64,000 nt of DNA from Guillardia theta CCMP2712 (GCF_000315625.1 NW_005434671.1:124001-188000), one strand, 5' to 3'; shown: positions 22,312-36,348, counted from the stretch's first letter. Notes: generated by a model from the sequence alone, not told the origin. Program-made: numbers and translations.

Positions 22312-24358
22312 TCACCTTCATCCCATTCTCCTTGGCCCATTTCTTTAAACACAGATTCAGTACAGCTCAATGTAAATATCATTCTTTGTTACCTTGAAAG
22401 CTCTCAAGATGTACTCGACTTGTGGGTTTTCAGTGTTTCTCAGCATGATCGAAATCTCCCTCAGATTATCCCTCGGCTCACGCCCAGCAACAATTTGTTG
22501 GAACGCACCAACGCTCGCGCCGCGCTTGCCATCCCAAAAGACAGGGTTTGGATCCAACCTTTCCAAAACATCGAAAGCTTTCAAAGAATAAAAGAAGTGG
22601 CCCATCTTGTAACAGTCATTTGCAATGAGCTGAACGAGGTTGAACGACTCATGCGAAGTTTCCAACTTCAGATACAGCTCCCATGACAACCTCGGTTTGC
22701 CGTTGTAGATGTAACTCCTGGCCAGAGCCATGATGTAGGAGTATTCTGATTTGAACTGGAAATCAAAATCAGAATGAAAGTAGCAGTATAGTATGGCTCT
22801 CAAGTCAATTCGTGATCACCTTTGGATTTGTGACCATCGTGAGGTGCTCCTCGGCATCTTTGTAGTGACCGGAGGCGCATTTTGCGATTCCCATGTTGTA
22901 ATTGAACTCGTCGACATTGAACAGGTAAGCCTGCCAATCATTTCAACGGCTGGTATTGGTTCTTATCGAGTGATACCTTGATGGACTTGAGATAAATCAA
23001 AACTTCGTCAAACTGCTTCAACAGGAAGAAGCACATCGCCATGCTCTGTCGTCCTGGGATCGTGTCACAGTGGCTGCTTGAGGCTCCTACCAGCTGAAAG
23101 TATTGCTGGGCAGACTTCAACATTTCTCTGTTGTCTTCAATTTGACCTAAGCATGCAAAAATGACTCCTTTGAGGATGTACTCGTCCGGGGTCGAGGGCT
23201 CTATGTCTTTCATGAGTTGCAAAGCATCCTTGTATTCTTCGTTCTTCAGATGGTAAATTATCAAATTCAACCTGGCTTCCGGGATTGCATCAATCAAAGG
23301 AGGTAGAATTTGCATGGCATTTTCCCCACTTCGGAACACGCAGAGGTTATGCCGCACCAAGTCATTATCGTATTGTGTTATCGAAATTCCTTGCTTGTCT
23401 GCTAATTTCTTCAGCTCAGCTTCTCCCGCTTTCCCATCATACAGTCTAGAGTGATTACAAGCCTTGAGATTTACCCCAACGACACTGTCTGGGAATTGTT
23501 GTAGATACACTTGAAGGATCTCAAGGGAGACATCATAATAATCCATCTTGTAGTAGCATAGTGCCACATAAACGTTCAAAGCCAAGTATTCTCGGTTTTC
23601 CAATAGAAGGCGCTTGTATATATCTGTTGCCTCTTGGTAATGGTTTCGCAGGTAATGGATTGATGCCAAAGAAAGCTTTAAAAGATATCAAAATGCAAAA
23701 AGTTTCCTGAAATCACTTGTACCTGATCTTCCGTATCATCTGTCAATTTCTGATGATAAATCATGAGCTTGTTTTCGTCACCACGTTTGTGTGCCAGGTG
23801 GAACAGAAGTCTATTTTGTAGTCGTCCAGGAGCCCCTTGGGAAAAGATGAGACAGGTACAGATGCAGCAAGAATGTCAAAAGACCTGTCAAACCCGATCC
23901 CGTCCTCAAAGCTGTATCATATGACTCGTTGTACTGCCCTGCAAATAAATTGAGGCAAATAGATGTGAACCGAAGCATCTGATTACCCAAGTAAAATAGT
24001 GCGCATGCTTTGTACAGATTCCAGACAGGTTCTGATTGTGCTAGACTGATTAGTTCGTCCAGATGCTGTCAAAATGTGACTCATTTGATCGTCTGCAAGG
24101 CAGAAAACTCCTCACCGTGCACGAGTTCTTGTAATCCCCTAGATGAAAAGCACAATAAGCCATCCACATAGTGAGGGATTCAGACTCGGAGTAGTCTCCT
24201 GCCGCTTGTTTGGTGTTGCTCTCAAAGTTGAGCAGGCCAAGAGCTCCTGACCAATCATGTTTGTCTACAAACTCATCGAGCGTGGGCTTCTTCTTCGCAG
24301 TCTTCTCTTTGGAAAGATCTGCCTTGTTGCTGGAAGGGATGGCTCGTCGAGGAAGCAT
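22312..24358 (-). CDS. IFT56: Intraflagellar transport protein 56 (TTC26/DYF-13)
   Basis: [80 protein letters not shown]; multi-exon; 3' end approximate. Confidence 0.95.
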
Positions 24359-24957
24359 TCTGTTTCTTCTCCCTCCTGTTGTCTACTGAGGATGCAGTTG
24401 CTATCAGTGTCTTCACTGCATGAAGCCGCTCGGCAGCGCCTTCTCTTGCCCTCTGTGCATTTCGGTTGGCGGGACCTACCAGGGTTCGAACTTTAGTCAA
24501 CACGATCAATTTTATAAATATATTTTATATGACATTGTGAATTAAAACGGTTAAAACCACAGATTTTCTCTGAATCAAATCGATTTGCATGTGTCATCCC
24601 GGCGGGCCGAGTGGGGCCTCAGCTGGAGACTGAGTAGGCGACCAATCAGCTCGTCAATGTCGCTGATTGTCTCAGTGCTTGTCCTGCTTCACCGCATCCT
24701 CCACCTCCATTCCTTTCATCACCTCTTCCTCTTCCACTTCCTCCATCAACCCCAAATGCAGGAGCTCCTGCAGCAGCACACGTACGACGCTCAAACTCTT
24801 GACAGGGCAGCTCACCAAAACTTTCTGCGAGCGACTGAAAGCGAACTCGATGACCTCCGAGGCTCTAGACGCAGAGACCCGCCAATCCTGAGGAGAGGAG
24901 GGAAAGGTGAATGAACAGTGAGGAGAGGAGGAGAGCTTACCGCTGAGTTGTCTTCCT

Positions 24958-27900
24958 TCAAGGGGAAACAGCAGACATGAAGGTGATCGCAACCGCGGAT
25001 GTCAGGCTATTCAAAGTGGAATCAGCTTGCAGCGGTACAACACAGACATGTACATCATCGAAGAATGTCACAGCGTAAGCAACATCCTCGTCTTGCAGCG
25101 CTCGTGCAGACGCTTGAAGTTGTGCTGTGCTCAGGTACACCTTCTCTCCTAGAACAAGCAGGTCGACTGGCTCTGACGTCTTGCAGGAAACACAAGTGTT
25201 GTCACATGAAGTCGGCTTGCTCTTCTCCTCGTGTCCCTCCGCCTCCTGCTCTCTCGAGCTGCCACTGATGTTCTTTGGGATCCTACGTGGGGCTGCGTCT
25301 CCTGACCTCTCACTGGCAGGAGGAACAGGATTCTTCGGGAGCTCTTGCTGGCATAACTTTGCTTCAGAGGGGATGCTCCTTGATCGAGGAGGCTCTTCGT
25401 TGTACGAGGGGAGGAGCTCGAGATCATCAGTTGAATTGTCCAGGCTCCTCGTCACTTTCTCCGCCACCCCGTCAAGAAGTTTGACCTCCGTCGCTGACAA
25501 TTTCGACTCGACTCGAGGCGTCAGCTCCGTCTTACTCTCTAAGTCTTGCTCTGCTTCTTGCTTCAATTCTTGCTCTGCCTCAAGCTGCACATCTTGAACT
25601 CGCGATCTTCTTGTCCCCTCGGTACTTGAAATAGTCTGCCGATGATTCTCCATTGACATTTCTTTCAGAAGTATCATGGAGCTGAGAATTTCTTGTTGGA
25701 TCACCGACACCAATCGCGCTGTTTCTTTCATCGCATCATCTTTCAATCTCGAATGTGCCATCAACATTTGGTTCATTTTTCGAACCATTTGTTGACAGTT
25801 CAGATGTTCACATCCATTCGAGATTTCTTCTCCCGTTCCATATTCGATCTTGTGTTCCACTGAGAAAAGATTGGCCAAGAACCCAATCACATCATGTTGA
25901 AAAGTGTTGAGATGCTCATGGGTAAGGCGGATCTGTTCTGACATTACCGTTTCTTTCAGTTCTCGAAAACGAGAATCAAACTCTTCGAAAACCCTGACAA
26001 GATTGTCAACTTTGACTCTGTCTCCAACTGCTGCGTTGGTTTTCTCCTCCGAATCGGCATGGTCATATGGAGCCACTCCGTCTGATGAAATGCCCAAGTC
26101 TGAAAGTACTTCTTGTCATATCATCAAAGAAAGGTGGGTTCCATGTCATCAACATAGGATACACAACAGACAATAAAACTACTAGATTCATGCCTTTTGA
26201 ATGGTAGACAAGACAATTTTGAGTAGATCAAATACTGATTTCTAGATAATCGACATCAATTCTCACCTTGATGACGTACCCTTGTTTCATTGGTCAAATT
26301 CTGAAGATTTCAAGATTCAGGACCCGCAGGCATTCAGAATAGAAACAAAAATACTGACTTGACAAACATCCTTGAAATCCTCTTGTAACGCTGCCTCTCG
26401 AAGTTGTTCCTAACGTCTCAATCAGCCGCAAGTCCGTCTTAAGCTTACACAGTCACCTGTAGAAGTCGAATCTCTGCCTTGCACTTGGCAAGTTCTTTCT
26501 CTAATGTTCTTACGACAAATGTCTTGGATTCATCTCCGTTTCTCACAGGCACCACCATGGCAAAAAGCTGCTCATTACTATCACGCTGATAACTGTACTT
26601 CTGCAGCTGATCGGCAGATGAGCTGCACGACATATTCTGCTCGTCGTGTTTCTGCGAAATCGACAAGACTGCCAGCTGCTTCTCAAGCTTTGCTATCTTT
26701 GCCATCGCTTCAGCATGCGACACCTTGAGATTGAGGATTCCCTCAAGAATCTCCAAAGTCGCAGGGTTCATCTCAGACAGGGTCTTTTCATCAACATCTC
26801 CTCCCATCATGTTGATGATGAACGCTGACTTGTCTTGCGCATGCACATCTGACTCCTCCTTCAATATTGCAGAGCATGACGAAACGATCCTCAAGATCAC
26901 CTTGGGTACAGTCAGCATCGCGTCTGCATCGCAAGGTAAAGTTAGCACCCTCTTCTCTGCTACAGTGGAATCCAGTGCGACCGACAAGGAGTCCACTGCT
27001 TCCTTCCCGCGCCTCAAGGCTTCCATTCTCATCTTGTTCTCCATGACCTGAGGTGCCCACAGCATCAGGAAAAGGTATAGATGGAATGAGAGAGAAAGGG
27101 AGAGCCACAGAAACTGAAGGAATGCTCAGAGCAAATTCAACATGGCAACCAACGATATGCGTGCCACAGAAAGACGAGGAGAAAAAGTGAAGAGAGAATG
27201 AGGGGAAGACAGTGTCGGTGAAAGCGATGGCATCACTCACAAGTCTTCGGATTTCTGCCTTGAGAGCTGCCGATTCATGTTTCATCAACACTCGACTAGA
27301 TGTTTGCTCATCGTGTGAGATGTCACCGTCTGCCATGTCAAGAGAGTGGTCTCGATCGGTCGAGTCTCGAAACCGAGCGCGTGCTCTGGGAGAGTTCTTG
27401 GCACGTGGTTTGTCAGGGACCTTGACCATCCCTCTCTCTTCAGAAGACAGACGCTCTTGTTGGTGGACTTGCTGATATCGCTTGCTCCGAATAAACCTTC
27501 TCTTCTTCGGGCTTCGATGCGAAACTTGATCTGGTTGTGTAGCTGTCACCCTTGGTCTGCCGCGAGGAGATTTGAACTTCTGCTATGACAAACATCAGCA
27601 GAGGGCTTGCTTCAAGAAGTAAGACCTCTTGCTTTCGCTCGGAGCTGCGCATGTAGACGGTCCTGCTGTAACTAGGTCGATCTCTGTATGATGGCAGATC
27701 TTTGAAAGAGGAATGATCTTGGTAGTTTACATGCCCCTCGTACGCTGACTCATCCTTATCGAGAAGCGGTTGATTTTGATCTAGACAATGATGATGATCT
27801 AGCAACTGATGCTGACCGTCTTGTTGGCCCTGATCCAGCCTATTAAGCTTGAGGCTGGGAAGCGTTGGGCGGAAAGCTTTCATTGAACTATGTGTAGTTG

Positions 27901-28037
27901 AACTACGAGGACTTTCAAAGTCATCATAATTTATAGTCTGCATTCGAGGGCCTATTGATTGATCACGCCATTTCAACAGAAATGCAACATGCGGATAACT
28001 TACGTGCTGTCATGGGTCGATTTAAACGTTGAGACAT
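24958..28037 (-). CDS. Hypothetical multi-exon coiled-coil protein
   Basis: Collinear minus ORFs (27440-27976, 26445-27065, 24958-26097) separated by short GT-AG introns; no recognised domain. Confidence 0.5.
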
Positions 28038-28594
28038 CGGCAGAAAGATACCCTTCTGTCTTCCCTCATGAACATGTTCATGGCTCTGTGGCACATGTCA
28101 GAGATCTAAACTCCGATACAGCACCCACGTCATCACCTCCAAGAGTCTCGGAGCAACTGGAGGCCCACTGGATGCTCGAGTTGTAACTGAATACATGTCT
28201 GAAGCACCGGCACCATTTGACGCATTTTCAATTGGATTCTTCACAAACCTGTTCAAAGAATTTGTTCGCCTCTCCCCTTTTGAGGCCAAGTTGACAATCA
28301 TGACTGGTATTCCTGCTGTTCTTGTTCTCCTCTCTCTCCTCCTCCTCTCTCTTGCCCTCCTCTTGCTTCTTCTCGTCCTTCTCCGCTCTCTTCGCCCCTC
28401 ATAGCTGCCGCAGGGGAAGCAGCGCCATTGCGGTTTGACGTCCGTTATGAAGCACTTGTTGATTCGGGCCAGCCCCGGTGTTTCATTCTCTAAAGACAGC
28501 AATTTTTCTCGGAAAATAAACAGACCCATTGAAAATTCTGCCTCGTGTTAAATTCCAATGATATCTTTGAGGCGGACTGTATAATCGTGGAAAA

Positions 28595-29904
28595 ATGGTG
28601 AAAGCGACTATGAGCGGAGGAACTTGCTTCCTATGGGACTGGGTGAGATGGCGATGAGGGAGAAGAGGTAGAGAAAGAGGAGGAACATGAGAAGGGAGAA
28701 GAAGAAGGAGAAGAAGTAGGATGAATGGACAGGTTCTCATCTCTTGACATCTGAACAAGCTGTGTGCTGCTCATTAGGATCTCGCCCTTAGCTTGAGAAC
28801 GAGACATCGGATAGCAGGAAGCTTTGTTGGGCGCAGAAGACATGGAAGCAGCGAGGTATTCTGTTGCACATTGCCTGCAATGTGTAACAACAATACAGGC
28901 TGCTGAGAGTGTCCTGCCCGTTGCACTCATGCCCGAGGTATGACGATGTGTCTTGGACTTGGTCCAATAACGAAATCTCAGGAGATCTGCCTTGCACTTG
29001 AGATGGGCTGGATTGATCGGAGAAATGTTGTCGGGAAAACTCTTTGTGCGCCATCTAAGTAAGGTAGCAGGTGAAATATGACCTGAGGTCAAGGAGCGAT
29101 TCAGCGAGTCCCTCCAATGAGAAAGAGGATGCCACGAATGATGCAAAGATGACGACGATATCTATTCCTTTCCTCCCTCCTCAAGATTCCTATAGCATCG
29201 AGCTCCATGCAGGTACTTCTATGAGATTGCAAAGATCTGCTCAAACCCTTGTTCGAAGGTTTCTTAGACGATTTTCTGAGAGACGTCAATAACCAACGGA
29301 GGTGTGAATTCAGCAGATGATTGCCTCGATTTTGATTTCTTTCATCGTTATCTAGATATCGAATCTTCAAAGATCTGTGGGAGAAAGGGTCAATCTCCTC
29401 ATGTCGACGCTGTGATCTGATGGGGCTCAAGGTACTGGATCAGCTCCGGCTCAAAGTTCGGGGCAGACTTTCTCCTATATCCGGAATGCTGTGATGTTAT
29501 GAGATTGCGATGTTACGTGAATGTGTACGATAGGCCGATATAATGGACTGTCATGCCTCCCACTTGGTGTTTGTCGTAGACACAGTCGAATTCCAATTAA
29601 GGGTGATTGATGCGAATCGATATGCAACTTGTCATGGATTGTCAGGTTCAAGATGTTGTGGGGATGAGTCGAGTTGCAGCATCTGCAAACAAGAGGTGAA
29701 GTAGAACAGCTAAGACTGACATGCGCTCTTATCTCTTGACCAGGGTGGCCATTGCTTGCGTCAACCACGATGAGCAACCGGTCCTCTCTTCTGTTTACGC
29801 TTTGACGATTTTGATTGGTTTTTGTTTTTGCATGTCGTGTCGGTGAACAGATCTACCATGTCTTGTCGTACTTACCCCACCTCTCTACAGCTCGTGGAAT
29901 GTGA
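28595..29904 (+). CDS. TSEN34: tRNA-splicing endonuclease catalytic subunit Sen34 (multi-exon, missed by the ORF track)
   Basis: Spliced exons read LRTRHRIAGSFVG, LPVALMPEEI, YRIFKDLWEKGYWISSGSKFGADFLLYP, DCHASHLV, DVVGMSRVAASANKR, giving the Tyr-His-Lys triad. Confidence 0.85.
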
Positions 29905-30034
29905 ATGATCTCTTTACAGTCTAGTCTACAAACTTGAATCTGCCAAACTCCAAGGAATCGGCAAGAATCAACAAGGCTAAGGTTTACACCTTGAAAAGAT
30001 TTCCTTTCGGTAGATGCTGTGAACGACCTTTGAA

Positions 30035-32017
30035 TCATGCTGGAGTCGTTCGGAGACATCTGGTCTCTATCTCGTCTAGCTCGATCCTTTGAGCTCTTCC
30101 TCCATCCATCCACATTGCATGCGTTGCGACCCTGAGGATGAACGAGATATCGTGGGATACGAAGATAAGGGCGCCCGGGTAATCTTCCAAGCTGTCTTCA
30201 AGAGCCACGAGAGCGTCGAGGTCGAGATGGCTGTTGGGCTCGTCCAAGAGGATCACGCTAGGAGCATCCAGGGAGAGCTCAGCAAACGCGTAGGCAACGC
30301 GTTGTCCTCCCGAGAGGTTCTTTAGTGCAGTCCTCTCAGCTGTTTGCGGCGCCCCCAACCCAAACGAGCCGATGTGCTTCCAGAGGTCATGTCGCTTTAC
30401 GGTTGGATGCTTTGAGCAGAGTCGGTCGAGAGCTGGCAGGTCTTCTCGTCCAAGTTCTGCCACCACATCTTGCTTGAAATATCCAAAACTTGGTACACGA
30501 ATCTGAACGCTTCCAGAACAAGGATTCAGCTCACCGGCTAGTAAGTTCATCAGGGTCGTCTTCCCCTGCCCGTTGGCTCCAAGGATAGCAAGACGTTGAC
30601 CTGCCTCCACGTTGAGACTGACGTCTGTCAGCTGGAAAGGAGTCGTGCTGGAAGCTGACGGGCCTGGGGCCTCGTCACTTGTCGTAGAAGCAGGTGCTCT
30701 AGTGAACGAAAGGTTCTGAGCGACGATGAGCGGGCCAGAGAAGCGAGGAAGAGTTGGCTCGGGTGTGGAAAACCTCAGAGCGCTTTGAGAATGCTCCTGT
30801 TCAACGTGCTCCACATCCGCCAGCATCGTAGTAAAGTATCCAATGCGATCTCGATTCAGCTTGAAGCGATGACCCTTTGCGTTCCTCTCATACCCAATAC
30901 GATCTTCTGCTTTCTGCCGTCTTGACGCGACTTGTTTTAGCTTCTTGTCATCCTTGTGCTTCAACGCCTGAGCCTTGCTGGCCTGCAAGCTTTCTTCCAT
31001 ACGAGCTTTCTTGCGATCTATAGCTGACTGCATCCGCTCTGCAAAAGCAGCCTTGTCTTCTATGGTCTGAAGGAACGTGTCGTAATTGCCTTTGTAATAT
31101 TCGAGCTGCTTGTTCTTGAACCAAATGATTTCTTCTGCTACACTGTTGAGGAACGATCGAACATGTGACACCATCACAACAGTCATGTCGTTGAACTCCT
31201 CCTTTATGATCCGTTGCAACCAACTTATGCCGGCGATGCACAGGTGGTTCGTGGGCTCATCCATCAGGAGGACGTCAGGCCTCCACAGAAGTGCTTTAGC
31301 TAACAGTACACGCATGCGCCATCCTCCCGAGAGACTGTCGTAGCAGCGACTGAGATCATCTTTCTTCAACGACATGGAAGCTGCCACTTGCACGATCGTG
31401 GACATATCCGGTTCATGCAAGTCCAAGTCCAAGTCATCAACATGATATGATACATCTTGAACCTCTCCATCAGACCCTGCAGACGTGTTCTCTTCACTCC
31501 TCTCAAGTGCCAGGTAACTCTCTCTTGCAACCTTGCCTCTCGCGCGCGTCTGCTGCTCTGCCAGAATCGCCCATTCCTCCTTCTCGCTGAAATTTGCGCG
31601 GAGATACTCAGGACGCTTACGGAGCACATCCAGAATTGAAAGGCCTTCTTCACTTTGCCCAGCGCCTTCAGCTCCGCAGTTCCGAGCATCGAACTCCATC
31701 GTCTGTCTGATGATCATGAACTTGAGTCGTTTCCTTATGTGCAGCGGGAGCAACCTGCCGTTTGCAAGGCAGTCGAACAGAATGCTCTTGCCGACTCCGT
31801 TGCGGCCCAGCAGGCCATAATGAACTCCAGGCTTCAAGAGCACGTGAGCTCCGACCAGCAGCTCTCTGCCCTCCACGGCAATGTTTACATCCTTCAAGTC
31901 GATAGACAAACTCTCGTCGATGGCGAACCTGGATGCTTGCGCTGACGCTTCGATGGAGAGGTCCCAACTTTTAGGAAGACGATGCTTGTACTCGCCCATA
32001 TCCTCGTGCTGCTTCAC
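30035..32017 (-). CDS. ABC-F family ATPase (ABCF3/GCN20-like)
   Basis: Two NBDs without TM segments: GRNGVGKS / LSGGWRMR / LMDEPTNHL and GANGQGKT / LSGGQR / LLDEPNSHLD; true start probably upstream. Confidence 0.9.
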   Translation of the reverse strand: MKQHEDMGEYKHRLPKSWDLSIEASAQASRFAIDESLSIDLKDVNIAVEGRELLVGAHVLLKPGVHYGLLGRNGVGKSILFDCLANGRLLPLHIRKRLKFMIIRQTMEFDARNCGAEGAGQSEEGLSILDVLRKRPEYLRANFSEKEEWAILAEQQTRARGKVARESYLALERSEENTSAGSDGEVQDVSYHVDDLDLDLHEPDMSTIVQVAASMSLKKDDLSRCYDSLSGGWRMRVLLAKALLWRPDVLLMDEPTNHLCIAGISWLQRIIKEEFNDMTVVMVSHVRSFLNSVAEEIIWFKNKQLEYYKGNYDTFLQTIEDKAAFAERMQSAIDRKKARMEESLQASKAQALKHKDDKKLKQVASRRQKAEDRIGYERNAKGHRFKLNRDRIGYFTTMLADVEHVEQEHSQSALRFSTPEPTLPRFSGPLIVAQNLSFTRAPASTTSDEAPGPSASSTTPFQLTDVSLNVEAGQRLAILGANGQGKTTLMNLLAGELNPCSGSVQIRVPSFGYFKQDVVAELGREDLPALDRLCSKHPTVKRHDLWKHIGSFGLGAPQTAERTALKNLSGGQRVAYAFAELSLDAPSVILLDEPNSHLDLDALVALEDSLEDYPGALIFVSHDISFILRVATHAMWMDGGRAQRIELDEIETRCLRTTPA

Positions 32018-32290
32018 AGCGTATGCTCTCTTCTCACCTTCCTTTCTCCTCGTCCCCTCCCATTCCGCCTGCTCGCGGCATTTCTATTTGAGATGCGCCT
32101 CTTCATCTGCCGGCCCGCCTCGCTGACTGGTCTGCGACCCCAGCGCCAGGATGGCAGGTGCTATCCTCGCTGCTGCCTCGTTAGCGCTGCCTGACAGCAG
32201 CAGCGACTCTCGGATCGCATGCACCCCTTCCTGCCACCACCCGTCACTGCGAGCGAGCCACCGATGACGATGAGCTCACTTCGCTTCTGT

Positions 32291-35239
32291 TCAACGCTTG
32301 CAGGGCAATTCCTGGACAAGACTGTTTAGGATAGGTAAAGTTCGAGCTCTTCCCGCACCTTGAACGAGGCGAACAACTCCTGATTGTGGGAGGAGTTGTG
32401 AAGATTGTTCAGCTTGAAAGCTTTCAAGGTTTGGTCTGACGAAATTCAATGTGCGTACCGTTGGTGCATGCTGCAAGAAGCTTGTCCTTGCTCCCTGCCG
32501 TCCACCACTGTCTTGATAGTCAGATGCAGACACGACGGTATCGTGAAAGCACATGGACTACTCCTTGTCGACACTGAATCAGGCTCAACCGGAAGTGTAA
32601 GGCACCTTTGATGTGCTCTCCACTCTTGACGAAGTCAAAGCCCTGGGATTGTCTCAGTTATCGTCGCGACCCATCAGGTCACCTTGAACACAAGGTTACA
32701 TCTTGTCAATGCCATGGAGTAAATCTCAACAGCCTGACGTCAATTCAGCTGGCATAAGCAGAATCAAACGCGAGTACCTCTTCAAACCTGCGCATCTTAG
32801 CCGCATGATCGCCTCGCCCCACGTGCTCCTCCAGCCATGGAAGCATCTCCTGTACGACGCTTTCTTCATAACTTCGCTGCACTTTCACCCTCGCTTCTTC
32901 AACCCGCTCAGCTCCATGCTCCGGTGAGATCTGTTGTAGGGATGAGAGAGCGCCCCAGCCTCCTACATGCACCTCTTGAAAGGCACTCGATGCTTGCTCC
33001 ACGCATCGCTTCGCTAACTCAAAATCCTTCTCTTGGACTGCCTGTGCTGCATCCTCCTTAGAACTTCTCACTCAACACACTTTCACACACACCAGCTCTG
33101 TCCAAGTACTCATCTCCCAGTTCCAACAAAGAGTTGATGTACGCAAAGTCCGACCGAACAATCATCTCCCTAGCACGAGAAGTGAGCACAGGAGTCTTCA
33201 TTCAGCCTCTTACCTGCAGACAAGGTCGTACTCTCTTGCTGTGCTCTTCACAAACAGATCCTTAGCTTCTTTGCTCCTCCTCTTGGAGTAAGCGTAATCA
33301 GCATCCGAAAACCTCCCCTCAGCCTCTGTCAGTGCAGAAAGAGCCTTGAGGTATGAGTTTAAGCTGTGTTGCATCTCAGCACATCTTTTGATCATTCCTT
33401 TCAGCTTTGCGTTTGCGCTCTGTGACCACACATCTCGCAGAAATTTCTTGTAGTGACTGACAAATTGATCACGACTTGTGATCTCTTGTGAGACCAAATC
33501 TTGCAACATCGGCTCATCAAAGTCCTTGGGAAAACTCATGAACAAAACAAAATGTAGAATGTCATCGTTGTTTTTCATGAGAACTTCAAAGAATTCCTTT
33601 GGGACAAAAGATGCCAAGACTTCTGCGAGGTCTCCAAACGGAGCAATCGTTTCTTTTGGCATCACGCAAACAGCAACCAGTCTCAGGACATCTGAGTTTG
33701 TATGTGCAGGTTCGCAGCTCGTCTTGAGGTCTTGCCTCGCGGTCTTGAGGGTTCGTTCTAGCTCTGCGACAGCAACATGTGCTTCTTGTCTTGTAAATTG
33801 AGAGCTGCGCAAGAACTCAACACGTTCAAACATGATCCTGCTTTGCTCGATCTTGTCCACGAAAGCGAACAGATGACTCGTTTTCATTCTCCGTGTGGAG
33901 ATAGAAGTTTTTCTTGCATCAACGAAGAATTGAACTTTAGAGTATCCGACCTGTTCTGCTATTCTAATCTGCAAGCTTTCACTTGAGGTGCTAAGCCTAT
34001 TCTCCGTCATGCGCACAGCCTTGTCAGCTAGTTCAAACTCATTCTCGTCCAAAATATTTTCATAAAAAGCATTCAGAACATCGAAATGTCGTTTGAAACT
34101 CAGTGAGATTTGATCCTGTAGACTTACAATCTTACAAATTGTTTCCAGATCTTCGAAAGCAGAAGCAAACTCTGAAATTGATATTGCATGTCGACCTCCT
34201 TTTGAGTGTCTTTGCAAGAAGTTCATCAATTCTTCTTTTCCCGGCAAGACATTGAACACAATCTTACACACATTTTCAAGCTCGCTTAGAGTCACTTTTA
34301 CTTGTTCTCCTCCGATGTGCGCTTGATCGAGGCAGCTTTGACATCTCCTCTTGGTTTCTTCATCGGGCTCAATACCATTGTACACTGACAGCTGTCTTTG
34401 AACTTTGGTCCAAGTCTGCTCCATGCTGGCATGAAGCTCCCACGCCCTCTGGAGTACTAGGAATGATTGGTCAAACGATTCCAAGATTTCCATTGAAATC
34501 GATTCTATTCTCTGATTGCACCCACTCATCTTGGCGTGCAGAGACTTCTCTGCTTGATCTAGCTCTGCATCGCTCTCTTCTACCGCGGGAGGCTCTAACT
34601 TCGTTTTACGCAGCCGCTTAGTAAAGCAGAAAGACAAGAGCAGATTCAAGCCTTTTTGCACATGTAATCGCTTCACCTTGACAGCAAACTACGAGTCAAG
34701 AACAAAGGTCTCACGTAGCATGGGATACCTCCTCAAGCGCTTCTTTATGCTTGTCGATCTCTGCACAAGCTTTCTCGTGCAGTTTCCATGTTTCTGCTCT
34801 GCTCTCTTCTCTCGTCATGAGACTTCGAAGAATCTTGCGGATGGCCGGGCCATGCGCGTACGTCAGGCTCCTGTTGCCCATGGCGTCGCGCGCGTTCACG
34901 TCTGCTCGTCTCGTCAGCAAGTACTCGACTACCGTGTCGTCTCCGCTCGTTGCGGCGTAGAAGAGAGACGTCCATCCCTCCCGGTTGCCTCGCGCCTGGC
35001 ACTGAGCGTCGATGTCGAACGGCCTGCCGTGCTGCTGGCGAAGCCAATCGCAACCCTCCCCCTCCAAGAGCCCTCGAACAGCATCGAGATCTCCGTTCTG
35101 ACAAGCGATGTGCTGCAGCAGTTTCAGTGCTGGGCAAGCAGCATGCATCCTTCCTCCCTCTCACCACAGGGTCTTTCTCACTCATGTAAGCTCTCCACGC
35201 TTGCTCGCCTTCAAGCTCCATCGCGTTCGCCTCTCCCAT
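32291..35239 (-). CDS. Ankyrin-repeat protein with long helical region
   Basis: HIACQNGDLDAVRGLL and GWTSLFYAATSGDDTVVEYLLTRRADVNARD ankyrin repeats; downstream 488-aa exon; ends approximate. Confidence 0.7.
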
Positions 35240-35346
35240 TCCCTTCCCTTGCCCGGAACAAGGAGGTCCGGCCGGACTCACCGAATTCACTGGGGTAGGT
35301 TTTACTCTTTGTAGGGCGAGGAGAAGAGGGAGGGGAGTAGCAACAG

Positions 35347-36348
35347 ATGAAGCATCCTGTGTGCAAGACCTACGAAGAAGCCATGGAGGTGGTGAGATCA
35401 ACCGAGCATGAAGTGCTTGAGATGCACTCGCACTGTCTGTTTACTCTCAACAACATGACGTCTCTGTGCAATCGGCTGAAAACCAACAGGAACCTTGTCA
35501 TCCTTATCCTTGGAGGTCTCGGACTGGGAAGCTCAGCAGGAAAGGAACTCGGAGTAGCGCTGCGGACGCATCCTGTACTGCAAGAGCTGCACCTGCACAA
35601 CAACAAGCTCGGCTACGAGGGGGTTCAACTCTTGTCCGAAGCGCTCATCAGCAGCAAGGAGGTGAACGAGGCTCCCAACAGGCTGCTCAAGGTGCTTGTC
35701 CTCCGCAACAACGACATAGGAAGGCACTGCAGCAGCATGTGCAATCTCTGTCGCTTCGCTCCTGATTTCCCTTGCGCGCTCCTGCAAGTGACATGTCTGC
35801 AAGTGATCGACCTCAACGCCAACAGGATAGAAGTTCTCCCCCTCCAGCTGTCCCTCATGCCTAACGTGAGATGCTCCTGCCCCTTCAACTGCTCCTTCTT
35901 TCTCTAACTCTCAGCTCTCAGCTCCTTGCTCTCGATGTCCGAGGAAATCCTATCGCCAACGTTCCCATGGATGTGATGTTAACAGCAAGGAAAGGTGTGC
36001 ACCCTCTCCTCCTGTTCCGATGGCATGGCGAGTCAACATGACAAGGTGACAAGTGCTGGCAGGGCATCAGGCGGGTTGGCCGAGCTTGAAAGAGTGGATG
36101 AAGGAGGAGCTGCAGAAAGAAGCCTCGTCCTCTTCACCAGCAGGGTCGATCTTGAGCATGGACTACTAGAAGGCACTAACAGAGAAGTTTTGCCTCACAA
36201 CTCCGAACAAGTATTTTATGGGGTACAGAAAGATGACAGAAGGTTTACAGAGCTGAAGAAGTCAAAACCGATGGATGGAGAGCACGGACGTATACGAGGA
36301 CGAGTCATGAAGCAGGGATACAAGAGATACGAAGCGACGAGAGTGTAA
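35347..36348 (+). CDS. Leucine-rich-repeat protein (RNI-like)
   Basis: LQELHLHNNKLG, LKVLVLRNNDIG, LQVIDLNANRI. Confidence 0.75.

Noticed and set aside
28195-28404. 69-aa ORF with Leu-rich tail
   Set aside because: The hydrophobic tail comes from a CT-rich low-complexity tract; no homology or other support.
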